The translations under genes were made by a program, and so were the position numbers. A DNA stretch of 64,000 nt from the human T2T-CHM13v2.0 reference genome, Homo sapiens: assembly GCF_009914755.1 (NCBI RefSeq), contig NC_060926.1. One strand, 5' to 3'. How positions within the stretch are numbered: position 1 is the first letter of the stretch; every line of letters begins with the position of its first letter. Below are positions 41,275 through 51,867 of this stretch, in pieces. Under the pieces are notes generated by a model, which was not told where the DNA came from, made no database searches, and was given only the letters and a program-made list of their open reading frames with translations.

Positions 41275-41706
41275 CAATAACGAGGACATGGAATCAACCC
41301 AATGCCCATCAATGGTAGACTGCATAATGAAAATGCGGTACATATACACCATGGAATACTATGCAGCCATAAAGAGGAACAAGATCATGCTCTTTGCAGG
41401 GACATGGATGGTGCTGGAAGCATCCTCAGCAAACTAATGCAGGAACAGAAAATCAAACACCGAATATTCTCACTTATAAGTGGGAGCAAGCAGAAGATGA
41501 GAACACATGGACACATGGGGAAGAACTACATACACCAGGGCCTGTTGGTGGGGCCTGGGGGGAGGGAGAATAGCTAATGGGTGCTGGGCTTAATACCTAG
41601 GTGATGGGATGATCTGTGCAGCAAATCACCATGGCACATGTTTACCTACGGAACAAACCTGCACACCCTGCACCTGTACCCAGAACTCAAAAGTTGAAGA
41701 AAGAAA
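41275..41706 (+). mobile_element. 5'-truncated L1PB/old L1PA 3' end; TSD AAAATACTGTGAGA at a TTTT/AAAA site
   Basis: TSD at 41261-41274 and 41707-41720; L1 3'UTR sequence. Confidence 0.92.
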
Positions 41707-42489
41707 AAAATACTGTGAGAACAAAATACGCATTATTTTTTCTATTTTGCTAACTCCAAATGTTTTTATCTTGTGTCTGGAGTCGGGGAGGTGTGCACAT
41801 GCATAACAAAAAGGCTGGAAATGCCAACCCCAAAATCTTCCTAGTGGGGACTGCTAATTGCTAGGCAGTTGAATTATGGTTTATCTCTGTGTTCTTCCGT
41901 TTCCTTGCCTATATTTTCTATATACTCTGTAAAGGTGTGTATTACTTTTGCAATTAAACCAATTTTTAAAGAGCTTATTCTACTAAGTTTTTAGCTTTAA
42001 AAAAGGTGGAAAGAACGGAGGAAAAGGAACAGTGCATGACCAAAGCATTTTCCCCAGGCTCTCAAGATTTCTCTGCATTTGGCCAAGCCGAGCTTGGGAA
42101 TGGCAGGCTGGCTGATCAGAAAATAGCCATCCATTCTCACTCGGAACCCTCCCTGTAAACACCATCCAGGGACAGCATCACCAGGGAAGCTGTGTCCTCA
42201 GACTTTCCGCTGTCTCTCTATGGTGTCCTCACCTCTAGCTGCAAAGGAAAATATGCATGACACAGCCTTGCTGATTTAACCACAGCACCACCGCTGTGGG
42301 ACTTGAAAGCTCTCATCAATAAGCCTAATTTTTAATTCTTGAAAGCCTGGCATTCATCCTTGAAATGAATAGACATTTTCTTCCCATTTCCTCCAAAAAG
42401 ACCTCTCTAAGCTTAGTGCTACCTACACTAAAAAAGAACATAAATAATAAAAGTTGAACATTCTCCCAGTGTAGGGTCATTCACTGCAA

Positions 42490-42715
42490 TATAACAGGGT
42501 GGTTAAAAGCATACATTTTGGAATCAGGAAGACCCGGGCTCCCCACTGACCAGATATACTGGATTGTAGACAATTGACTGAATCCCTGTACACCTCAGTT
42601 TCCACCTCTGTCAAATGAGTCCGACCTCATAGGGTTGTCGGATGCAATGAGATAATACAGGAGAGCCCATAGCTCAGTGCCCGCATGAAAAACCATTCAA
42701 TCCTCACTAACTACA
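42490..42715 (+). mobile_element. MIR
   Basis: gtggttaaaagc...cctcagtttccacctctgtcaaatg...cctcatagggttgt. Confidence 0.75.
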
Positions 42716-44078
42716 TGGCAGCCGTGGCTTCCTTACAAAACACCTGGCTTTGTTCTCCCAATGTGTGTAAGACTGATGCTTCATCGGCTCTGTATTTTGG
42801 TAGTGCTTCAAAAGGCAATTCCAAATTGTAAAGGAAACTGCAGAAACACTCCCACAGCCTCAGGTCTCAGGTCCCTCAGTCAAGGAGAGCCTGCAGTCGG
42901 TGAGAAATTTTCCCCATGGTAAATATTTAAATGAATAACCACTTTCCAGCCACTCTTGGGAAAGAAATAATTTAAGAAAAGTCTTCAAGGAATTTGCTCT
43001 AAATGAAAAGGCGCTTTTCCCCAGCCACATATCTCTGTGAGTGTTGACAGCCCCTGATGGGGCCACTAATAACCAAGCACAGAGGGTTGGCACCAGGATA
43101 TGATTCAATTTAGGCCAAACTTACTCCCCGCGCTAAGGGACCCTTCTTTCCCTTAGAGCAATCACTGGCCCGCTGAACAGAGAGAAAACAACCCCATCTT
43201 TTCAGTGCCTGCGATGATAACACATCCGTGGTTTAGGACTTCTAGGCCGAACACCATGAGAAAGAATTTGCAACTTCTAGGGGGCTGTTTTCCATACACA
43301 GGTGTAGATCAGAATGAAGAAGATGATAGAATTTCTGCAGATCATGATCATTATTACTCAGATTCCCAGAATCTGTAGAATAACTGGATTTTTTATTCCC
43401 AAGAAGACTCTTGGAGGAAGCTTTCCACTCAGTCATCAGTGAGCACTCATGAGCGCCTGCCGTGTGCCAGGCAGCGCTGCTGGGGTATGCTCTCCAGGCT
43501 TCCTCATTTACCCTACGTCAGCTTCTGAGCCAGCTATTACTGTCTCCATCTCATAGCTGGGGGCACTGAGGCTCAGATGGGGTCAAGATTGTTTGAGTCC
43601 CTCAAGGGAGCAGTGCTAGACTTACGGACATCTCTGTTCCCACAAATCTGAATGGGTGTGAGCTGAAATATGCATGATGAGTAAATAGCACACTTGTCCT
43701 CAAGTCGCTCGACTAGCAAGGGTTTGAATCCAAGCCTGTACCCACAAGCTCCGGCCTTCCCACCACAACACGTGCAGCCTCTTCAGCTGTACAAGGGAGG
43801 AGTGGTCAGGGCGCTGCTCCCTCTTGTTCCTGGCCGGCTTTGCCAAAGTGGACCAGAAGCTCAACAAACTGAGAACTGATGTGGATTAAGCAAAAATTGA
43901 GACTGTGTAAACATCCATTGTAGACTGAAGAGGACCAGTAAAGATTTTTTTTAATTGATAGAAAGGGAGTGAGCACACAGGAGATTAAAATAGGATGGTG
44001 CCTCCATGACCACATAGTCCAGCCTCCACCATGCAGGTGAGGACTGTCATCCCCAGGAGGGGCATGGTTTGCTCTACG

Positions 44079-44228
44079 CAGGTTGCTCAGCCTTGGCACG
44101 TTTGGCTTCCTGGGTCAGGTCACTCTTTGTTGTGGGGGCACTTTCCTCTACATTGTGGGAGGCTTAATAGCATCCCTGACCTCTGACCACAGGTGATGGC
44201 AAAATCTCCCCCAGTTGAGAACCACTGG
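44079..44228. mobile_element. MER20-like hAT DNA transposon
   Basis: ctcagccttggcac...ctttgttgtggggg...cccagttgagaaccactg. Confidence 0.7.
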
Positions 44229-44319
44229 ATTAACATAACACAGCTACTTAAAGATAGAGCTAACACCAGAAAGCAGCTTCTCCAGCCACCAGTCTGGAAT
44301 GTTATTAATCAAAATAGGG

Positions 44320-45445
44320 TTGGTCCAGAATATATAAAGAACTCCTGCAACTCAACAATAATCCATTTTTTTTAATGGGCAAAGGACTTGAATAGACATT
44401 TCTCCAAAGAAGATATACAAATGTCCATAAGAACATGCAAAGATGCTCAACCTCCCTAATTATTAGGGAAGTGCAAATCAAAACCACAATGAGATACCAC
44501 CTCATACCCACTAGGATGGCTATTTCCAAAAAACAAAAAGAAGAAAGAAAGAGAAGAAGGAAGGAAAGAAAGAAAAGAAAGGAAGGAAGGAGAGGAGAGG
44601 AGAGGAGAGGAGAGGAGAGGAGGGGGGGAGGGGAGGGGAGGGGAGGGGAGGGGAGGGGAGGGGAGGGGAGGGAGAGGAGAGGAGAGGAGAGGAGAGGAGA
44701 GGAGAGGAGAGGAGAGAGAGAGAAGAGAAGAGAAGAGAAGAGAAGAGAAGAGAAGAGAAGAGAAGAGAAGAGTTGGAGGGAATGTGGAGAAATGGGAACC
44801 CTGTGCTCTGTTGCTGCAAATGAACATACAATGGTGTAGCTGCCATGAAAGCAGTATGGCGGTACCTTAACAAAATAAAAATAGAATTACCATATGATCC
44901 AGCAATTTCACTGTGAGGTATATGCTCAAAAGAATTGAAAGCAGGGGCTCACAGAGATATTTGTGCACCCATGTTCACAGGAGCATTATTCACAAGTAGC
45001 CCAAAGGTGGAAGCAACTCAAATGTCTAACGACAGATGAACAAACAAAATGTACTATATACATACACTGAAATATTATTCAGCCTTAAAAAAAAGACTGA
45101 AATTCTGACATGCTGCAATATGGATCATCCTTGAGGACATTATGTTAAGTGAAATAATCCAGTCACAAAAAGACAAATGCTATATGATTTCACCTATCTG
45201 AGGTCCCTAGAGTAGTCAGATCCATAGACCCAGCGAGTAGAATGGGGGGTTGCCAGGAGGCTGGGGGAAGCGGAGGGTGGACAGTTACAGTTTAATTTTG
45301 TTTGGCAAGAGAAAAAGAGCTCTGGAGATGGATGATGATGATGGTTGCACAAAGTGAATATTCTTTATATCACCGAACTCTATGTTTAAAAATGATTGCG
45401 ATGGTACAGTTTATGTTGTATCTTACCATAATTAAAATAAAATAG
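44320..45445 (+). mobile_element. L1MB 3' portion
   Basis: gggcaaaggacttgaatagacatttctccaaagaagatatacaaatg...ORF2 end and 3'UTR. Confidence 0.88.
44535..44772. repeat. Pure purine compound microsatellite (AGAGG)n(GGGGA)n(AGAAG)n inside the L1MB
   Basis: About 240 nt containing only A and G. Confidence 0.95.
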
Positions 45446-45989
45446 AAAGCAGGATGGGAAGTGACATCTCAAGGGCAGAAAGCTGCTTTGCTGCCCTTCC
45501 CTGTCCTTGGGTGCCCCACGGGACCTGGAAGGGCATCCTCTCCACGGAACTTCCCTGCAACTCCCCCGTGCCCATATCCCTCCCTTATGACTCCTTCACT
45601 ATTTCCTGTAAAGCTTTGAGCAGAAACACCAGTGATGTGCTTAGGTAACCATGGATCTTCAAAGCTCAGTGGTTAATTTAGGGGTGATTTTGTAAATTTT
45701 GAGTATCAAAGGGCAAGACAAAGCCCTTGGACAAGAAAAATTTAAAACAAAATGCAAGAAAGAGAAAAGAAAACCTCTTTTCCTGAGCCTGTGGTCTCTG
45801 GGTTTTCAAGATGATAGAAGCAGAAATGGCAGAGGAATTGATATGCTATTTTAATATTTTTGTTTGTATCTTTTTGAAAATGTCTCTGGTTTGAGTTACC
45901 TTTATTTTGTTCCAGAACTTCAGCCAGTTCCCATGAAATGAACTGAGTTCCTGGTTCTGAAAGCATGAGCCCTGGCCAGACATGGGCAT

Positions 45990-46445
45990 CATGTGGGGAC
46001 CCCTCAGAAATGCAAATTCCCACTTCGGTGGAATCTTTAGAAAGTCAAACTCATGGATATAGGGAGTAGAATGATGGTTCCCAGAGGCTGGTGACTATGA
46101 TCAATAATAATGTATTGTGTACTTCAAAATAACTAAGGAAGTAAATGTTAAATGTCTCACCACAAAAAAATGAGTGAGGTGATGAATATGTTAGATAGCT
46201 TGATTCAATCATTCATATGGTTTACATAACTCAAAACACCACATTTTACCCCATAAATGTAAAAAAAAAAAAAAAAAAAAAAAAGAGAGAGAGAGGAATT
46301 TAAAAATGAAAAAGAAATGTCAATTCTCAAGCATGATGGTTGACCTATTAAATCAGAATCTTTAGGAGTGGAACCCAGAAATTTCAATTTCAACAAGATT
46401 TCCCACAGATTCTGAAGCACCCTAGACTTTGAGAACGACTAAACT
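45990..46445. mobile_element. MER5A-like element interrupted by an L1MA 3' fragment (about 46035-46310)
   Basis: cagaaatgcaaattc ... aatcagaatctttaggagtggaacccagaaat...tttgagaac; L1 tail with poly-A in between. Confidence 0.65.
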
Positions 46446-48174
46446 GCATCTGCCTTACGAGCTACAAAATTGTCTAAGATTCTTCCAACCAAACAGGTCC
46501 TTATTTTTCTCTAAGTTGACACAAAGAGCCCTAAATGCTTAAAAAAAGTGGGGAGGACCATGAAATGCCTGGCAGTTATAATAAATCCCATGATTAATTG
46601 TTATTCCAGATGTTTGCTCGCATCCTCTAACTCACAAAGGTGGACCTCCCGAGATTCCTAGCACAATCAGGACGTGACGTTGGCTGATGGATGAAATAAG
46701 ATGTCCTCTCCTGCTCTCCAGGAAAACTGCATTTACTTATTCCCCCTCTGAATGTTAGAAGAACACAAGTTCAAGTAGCCACAGCCTAAGCCACTTCACA
46801 GGAGCCCAGATTCATTTCACTTCCAAGCTCTTGCTGCTTCCCAGCCGTCACAGGTTGTGCACGCCTGGAACACACGTCAACAAATAGTAACCACGGCCTC
46901 CATGCAGGAAGGCCTTGAGTCCCGCGGCTCCTCGGCCCACATCATCCCCGTCAGGGTCCATCTATTCCGGGGACCTCTGTGGATTCAGAGTCGCCGTGGC
47001 ATTGGGGATAGAAATCCAGACTGAGACTGAAGCACCTATTCCTGGAGTGCTCGGCTCCAGCAATGCTGTTGGGGGAAAGGATGGCCTTGGTCTTCAGTAA
47101 ATTAGAGGAATTCCACGTCTCAATTCAAGGAGTGGGTACTTTCAGCCACCTTTTCAGAAGCACTTTTACCCCTTCTAATAATGTCTGTATGTCCACCTGC
47201 CCCATGCCATGGGTTCAGCAGACACTGACTCCACTCCCAGCTCCTGAGAGGTCAAAGCCGATGGAAGTAACCCCACTCCCCTTGCCTGGTGTTAGTCCAG
47301 GAGGGGGCCTGGTGGTCCATGGGAGGTGGTCCAGCGCCACCTGGGGCAGCAGGCTCTCATCGCTGGAGACAGATAAGAGGTGCTGTTGCTGTGGGCTGCA
47401 TCCTGCCACCCTAGGGAGGCCCCACTGAGGACTGTGCTGTGCTGGTGGCATCACAGTGGAGAGGGAGAAAGAATCAGGGTTCTCTAGGAGCCCGAACCTC
47501 ACCCCACCTCTGGACTTCCCCTTCCACACCCAACACGTGTCTTTGGTGTTGAACAAGCTCAAGCCCGTTTAGCTCCAGCTTCCTGTTACCTGGGGCACGA
47601 AGCACCCACCTCCATGTTCTAACCTAGCCGCCTCTTTGGTCTGCTGGGCCCACCTGTCCTCCAAATGATAATGAAGCACTGTTTTTTCTAGATCTCACAG
47701 ATTCGATCTTTCTCAGCCATACTTTGGAAAAAATCTGCCAGTTTTCTATTCCAGCCAGTCCTGGAGTGGGTAGAACCCAGGGAATGTGGCTCCAGAATCT
47801 GTACCTGGAACCATGACATCATGCACCAGAATTAAGAGGCAGTTTGAACCAGAGCGGCCAACTCCTCCCTTTCCAAACCCTGATCTACACTGCTTGGGAG
47901 GGATCTTCAAAGCATAAGCCCAGCCGCCCCCACTTTCCCCATCGTATGTCACCCGCCGGCACTTTCTAGTTCCTCTCCTCCCCAGGCTGTTTGCGGCCCC
48001 TTGGAGGGTGCAGGCAGCATCTTATTTGTTGCTGTGTCTCCCAGGTTGTGGTTTGGCATCAAGAAGGCACGGAAGAAATATTTATTCAAATGAATGACTG
48101 GATGACAAAGACAACACAGAAAGGGGCTCAGAGACTGCAGCACACGGATGATGAATTACAGGCATAAAAAGAGG

Positions 48175-48405
48175 GAGGCCACAGAACACGGTGTGGACCG
48201 TGGAGCTGCCTGCCTGGGTCTGGATGCCACTATTTACTGGCCATGTAACCTTGAGAAAACCCCAGAACTATGATTCCTCTTGTTTATCTGCAAAATGGGG
48301 GCATTAAAACCCACCTCTCAGAGCTGAGAGGAGAACAAATTAGCTAATCCACAGTAGAAAACTTAGAACAATGCCAGGCCCAGAGGACACACTGAGCACA
48401 CATGA
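48175..48405 (+). mobile_element. MIR
   Basis: tttactggccatgtaaccttgag...atctgcaaaatgggg...cttagaacaatgccaggc. Confidence 0.7.
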
Positions 48406-50080
48406 GCTTCAAGTCAGAGGAAGGTGGGTGGGAGAGGGGCAGAGAGAGAGAGAGAGAAAGACAGGAAGAAAGAGGGAGAGAGAGGCAGGAAAAGAGGGTA
48501 TGGATTCCTCATGGTTTTTGTTCTTTCTCTAAAGTTATGGCTTTTAAAATATCATTGATAAACACTTAAATATGTCTTGAGGTCTTTCTCTATTAAGAAA
48601 TTCTATGACCTTGAAACTGAAGGCTTTGAAACACCAAAACACAAAAGTTGATGGAAGATGTTATTATTTGACAAAGGTAACCTCAGTTTGAGTGTAATAC
48701 AATTTCAATCCTTCAGGGAAGGGTCTGGGCTGGAGGAACCCCAGGGCCTGCCTGCTTTTTCCTTGCTGGCTTAGGCATTGCACTGTGGGGTGCAAGCTGA
48801 AAGGAAGGGTATTGACTGAAGACCTATTGATGAACTCCCAGACATTCTGCAATCCACAGCAAAGCAAGATTGCTGCAAAATCGATCCCCAACCCTGGGGG
48901 CCAAAGAGAGGCCGCTGGAGGGAGCTTGTTTTCTTATGTGTTTTTAATTATTGTTTAACTCAGAGAGGGAACTAGATTACTATAAACATTTTCTCAAAGA
49001 AGAGACAAAATCTAATCACTGCAAATAACCCGACGATTCTACAGAGAGCAGTCTGAAATATGAGTCAAGTCACCTGGGAAAGGCCCCTCTGCCTGACCCT
49101 CGATACCCCTATTAGAGCGTTCAGCAGAGATGGGCAGAACATTTCAGCTTTGGATATTGTCAAGCCACAGCCATTTATACCACACAGGATTAATTCCTTT
49201 CTGGACCACACAGACATCATTGATTTTGCAGAGGCAGAAAAGCAAAACCTCAGCAAAACAAAGAACTCCATCCCTTTAATGTCTTCTCATTAAACATCAT
49301 GGATTTTACCCACACAACAGACAGGAAAAGGCAGTCTTTCATCCAAAATACCGAGGAATGCCAGCTACATACAGAGCAGAAACCCTCTTCACGTGACACA
49401 CACTTAGCCTTCCAGAACGCAGTGGCCCGGTGTCAGCAGCTCCTGCTGCACCTGCCAACCTCGACGGTCCCCAGGCACAGCGACCCACCGCGGGTAGAGA
49501 AACGTCAGGGAGCTGCCCACACGGGTGTCTGTGCAGATGCTCAGAACACAGCCTGCACAGTCTCAGGGGGCGCTCAATGCCACCAGCCAGTAAAACAAAT
49601 CCATACTTCAACTATGTTATCAACCCTTTCGCTTAACAAAATTTCATATAACCTGTCCTGTACAAGACACTGTGCTAGTGTTCTGGGAAAAATAACTCCC
49701 CCACTTCAAAGAGTTTATGGCCACAAATTCAAAAGCAATAAGGCAAGTATGAATAACACATGTTAGCAGTCAAGTAGGACAAGAAATTAAGAAATGCCAA
49801 GAAATTTAGAAATTCAAAAGGACACAAGGAGGAGCAGACAAAACGTTGTGGGATCTGTTAATGCTGGAAGGCACATCCTGCGGTCCAGCACACGGATGCC
49901 GCGGATCAGGAATGCGGCTCCGCCTCCTGGAAAGCACGAGATCCCCAAGCTTCAGGTCTTTCACCCACAGGGAGAGAAAAACAAGAGTCTCAACTATACA
50001 GAGAGCCCTGAGGCGGAATGCAGCCGCATCCGTAAAGTGTGTTAGTGCATCCCCGGGCACAGCAAATGCTAATAAATGCC

Positions 50081-50316
50081 CATTGCTGTCGTGTTACTAC
50101 TGTCCTACCTGCTGAGATCCAGGTATCCTCCTGAAGGAAGCGGTGTTGGATCTAGGCCACATTGCTGTCTTGTTACTAATGTCCTACCTGGTGACATCCA
50201 GGTGTCCTCCTTGAAGGAGGTGGCATTGGATCTAGGCCGCATTGCTATTTTGTTACTACTGTCCTACCTGGTGATATCCAGGTGGCCTCCTTGAAGGAAG
50301 TGGCGTTGGATCTAGC
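50081..50316. repeat. About 80-bp tandem repeat, 3 copies
   Basis: cattgct...tgttacta..gtcctacctg...gaagga...ttggatctag at 50081, 50160 and 50240. Confidence 0.9.
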
Positions 50317-50472
50317 CCTTGAAGGCCAAGTAGGCTTCAAGGGCTACTTCAGTGGGAAGGGATGCCCAGGACACAGGAGCTTGGAGGCGAGAAACATCCC
50401 ATGTTGAGGGCAGGTGCTCTGTGTTCAAATAACAGGAGCCGGGTTGCAAAGGTGAGGCAATCCCCATGCAGC

Positions 50473-51257
50473 TAAAACCAGAGAGTTCCCCTTGCAGGAT
50501 GTACAATAGGGGTGTCACCTGTTTGGTCGCCCCGCAGCTCAAACCCCTCAGGGGAGCATGCAGACGGGCAGGTGCAGAGGCCGGGAAAAGAACTTTTGGG
50601 CTCCAGCTCCACAGCAGCATTTGAGATGGATGTCTGCAACCCCCAAAGCCCACATGGGTGTGTGTTACCAAACTCTTTTAGATTTGCCATCTGCAGATGG
50701 CTTGTGTGTTAATGAGCACAATGGACCCTCTGCCTTATTGCAAGGGCAGGGGGCTAGTGTGACAGCGTTCTGTATTCCGAGTTCTTGCCCAGTGTACCAG
50801 AAGATTCAGATCACTTGTGGCCGTAAAGGATGAGTGCAAGGTTTTATTGAGTGGAGGAGGTGGCTCTCAGCGAGATGGATGGGGAGCTGGAAGGAGGGGA
50901 TGGAGGGGAAGGAGGTCTTCCCCTGGAATCGGGCTGTCCAGTGCTGGACTTTTCTCTAGCCACCTCTGGCTGAACTCCCCTCAGCCTCCAGGTGTCCCTC
51001 CGCTTTTCTCTTTCTCTGCCTTGTTGTTCTGCCTTCACTGGTCTGCTGGTCCTGATGTTCAGCCACTTGCATGTGTGTCCTTGGGTTTATACGGGGACAG
51101 GATATGGGGCATAGCAGACCAGAAGGCAACTTTTTAGGTGCAAAAACAGAAATGCCTGTCCTCATTTAGGTCCTCAGGTCTTCAGGCTTGAGGGTGAGGC
51201 CTTTGCCAGGGAACCTCGGTCTTCTACCCAGTGCCTCCCTGTTTCCCTTCCGTATCA
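50473..51257 (-). mobile_element. ERV1-class solo LTR (LTR1/LTR27/LTR28/MER61-like)
   Basis: Minus strand begins TGATACGG...CTGGGTAGAAGA...GGCAAAGGCCTCACCCTCAAGCCTG; near-matching 4-bp TSD cagc/cagt. Confidence 0.75.
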
Positions 51258-51744
51258 CAGTGAGGGGCCAACATTTCACATAACCCAAATGAAGAATTGC
51301 GTGTCTTCTCCGTTCTGGAGGGCATAGGGGGTGCTTGGGGACAGAGCCGTCTCCTAAGTGAGCAGACATCCCCTGTAAGAACTGTGGATTTGGAGGACGC
51401 TGTTAGGACCCAGAGTGGGAGCAGAGAGATGGGGTGGTCTGGGGAGACATTCAAGAGCTCACCTGGGGACCCTAAAGGTGACTCAGGTCAGCCTCTGCCT
51501 GCAGGTCTCTCAGTGTGGTCAGGAAGGAGAGACCTGAATGAAACCCTGCTGCTGACCACACCAGGCTGTGAGCTCGGGAACCATCCCAGACCAGCGCACG
51601 GAACATCAGCATGGTGGGGCTCTGTGCTCCAGAAGAATCAGTCAGAGGGCTCTGAGGCCCGCCCCCGTGGAAACGGCCCCACTGCACGCCCCAGAGAGAT
51701 GATGAGGGGCTTTCTGTGGTTGTTCTTGTTATTCTTCTCTTCTC

Positions 51745-51867
51745 TTTTTTTTTTTTTTTTTTGTAACATCAGACAGGTAATGTGATGTTGTAACAAGGCT
51801 TGAGAGAGGCATATCTCACACATGAGCATGAAAACCCAATCATCACGCTTATGAATCACAAAAGGAT
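51745..51867 (-). pseudogene. SNORD13: U13 (SNORD13) snoRNA retrocopy with poly-A tail
   Basis: Minus strand ATCCTTTTGTGATTCATAAGCGTGATGATTGGGTTTTCAT...GTGTGAGAT...CCTTGTTAC...CACATTACCTGTCTGA matches U13; box C TGATGA and box D CTGA; A18 tail at 51745-51762. Confidence 0.88.

Noticed and set aside
43285-43378. Possible terminal exon (ttttccatacacag|GTGTAGAT..., GVDQNEEDDRISADHDHYYSDSQNL*)
   Set aside because: Plausible acceptor, but no recognisable protein or partner exons; compatible with chance
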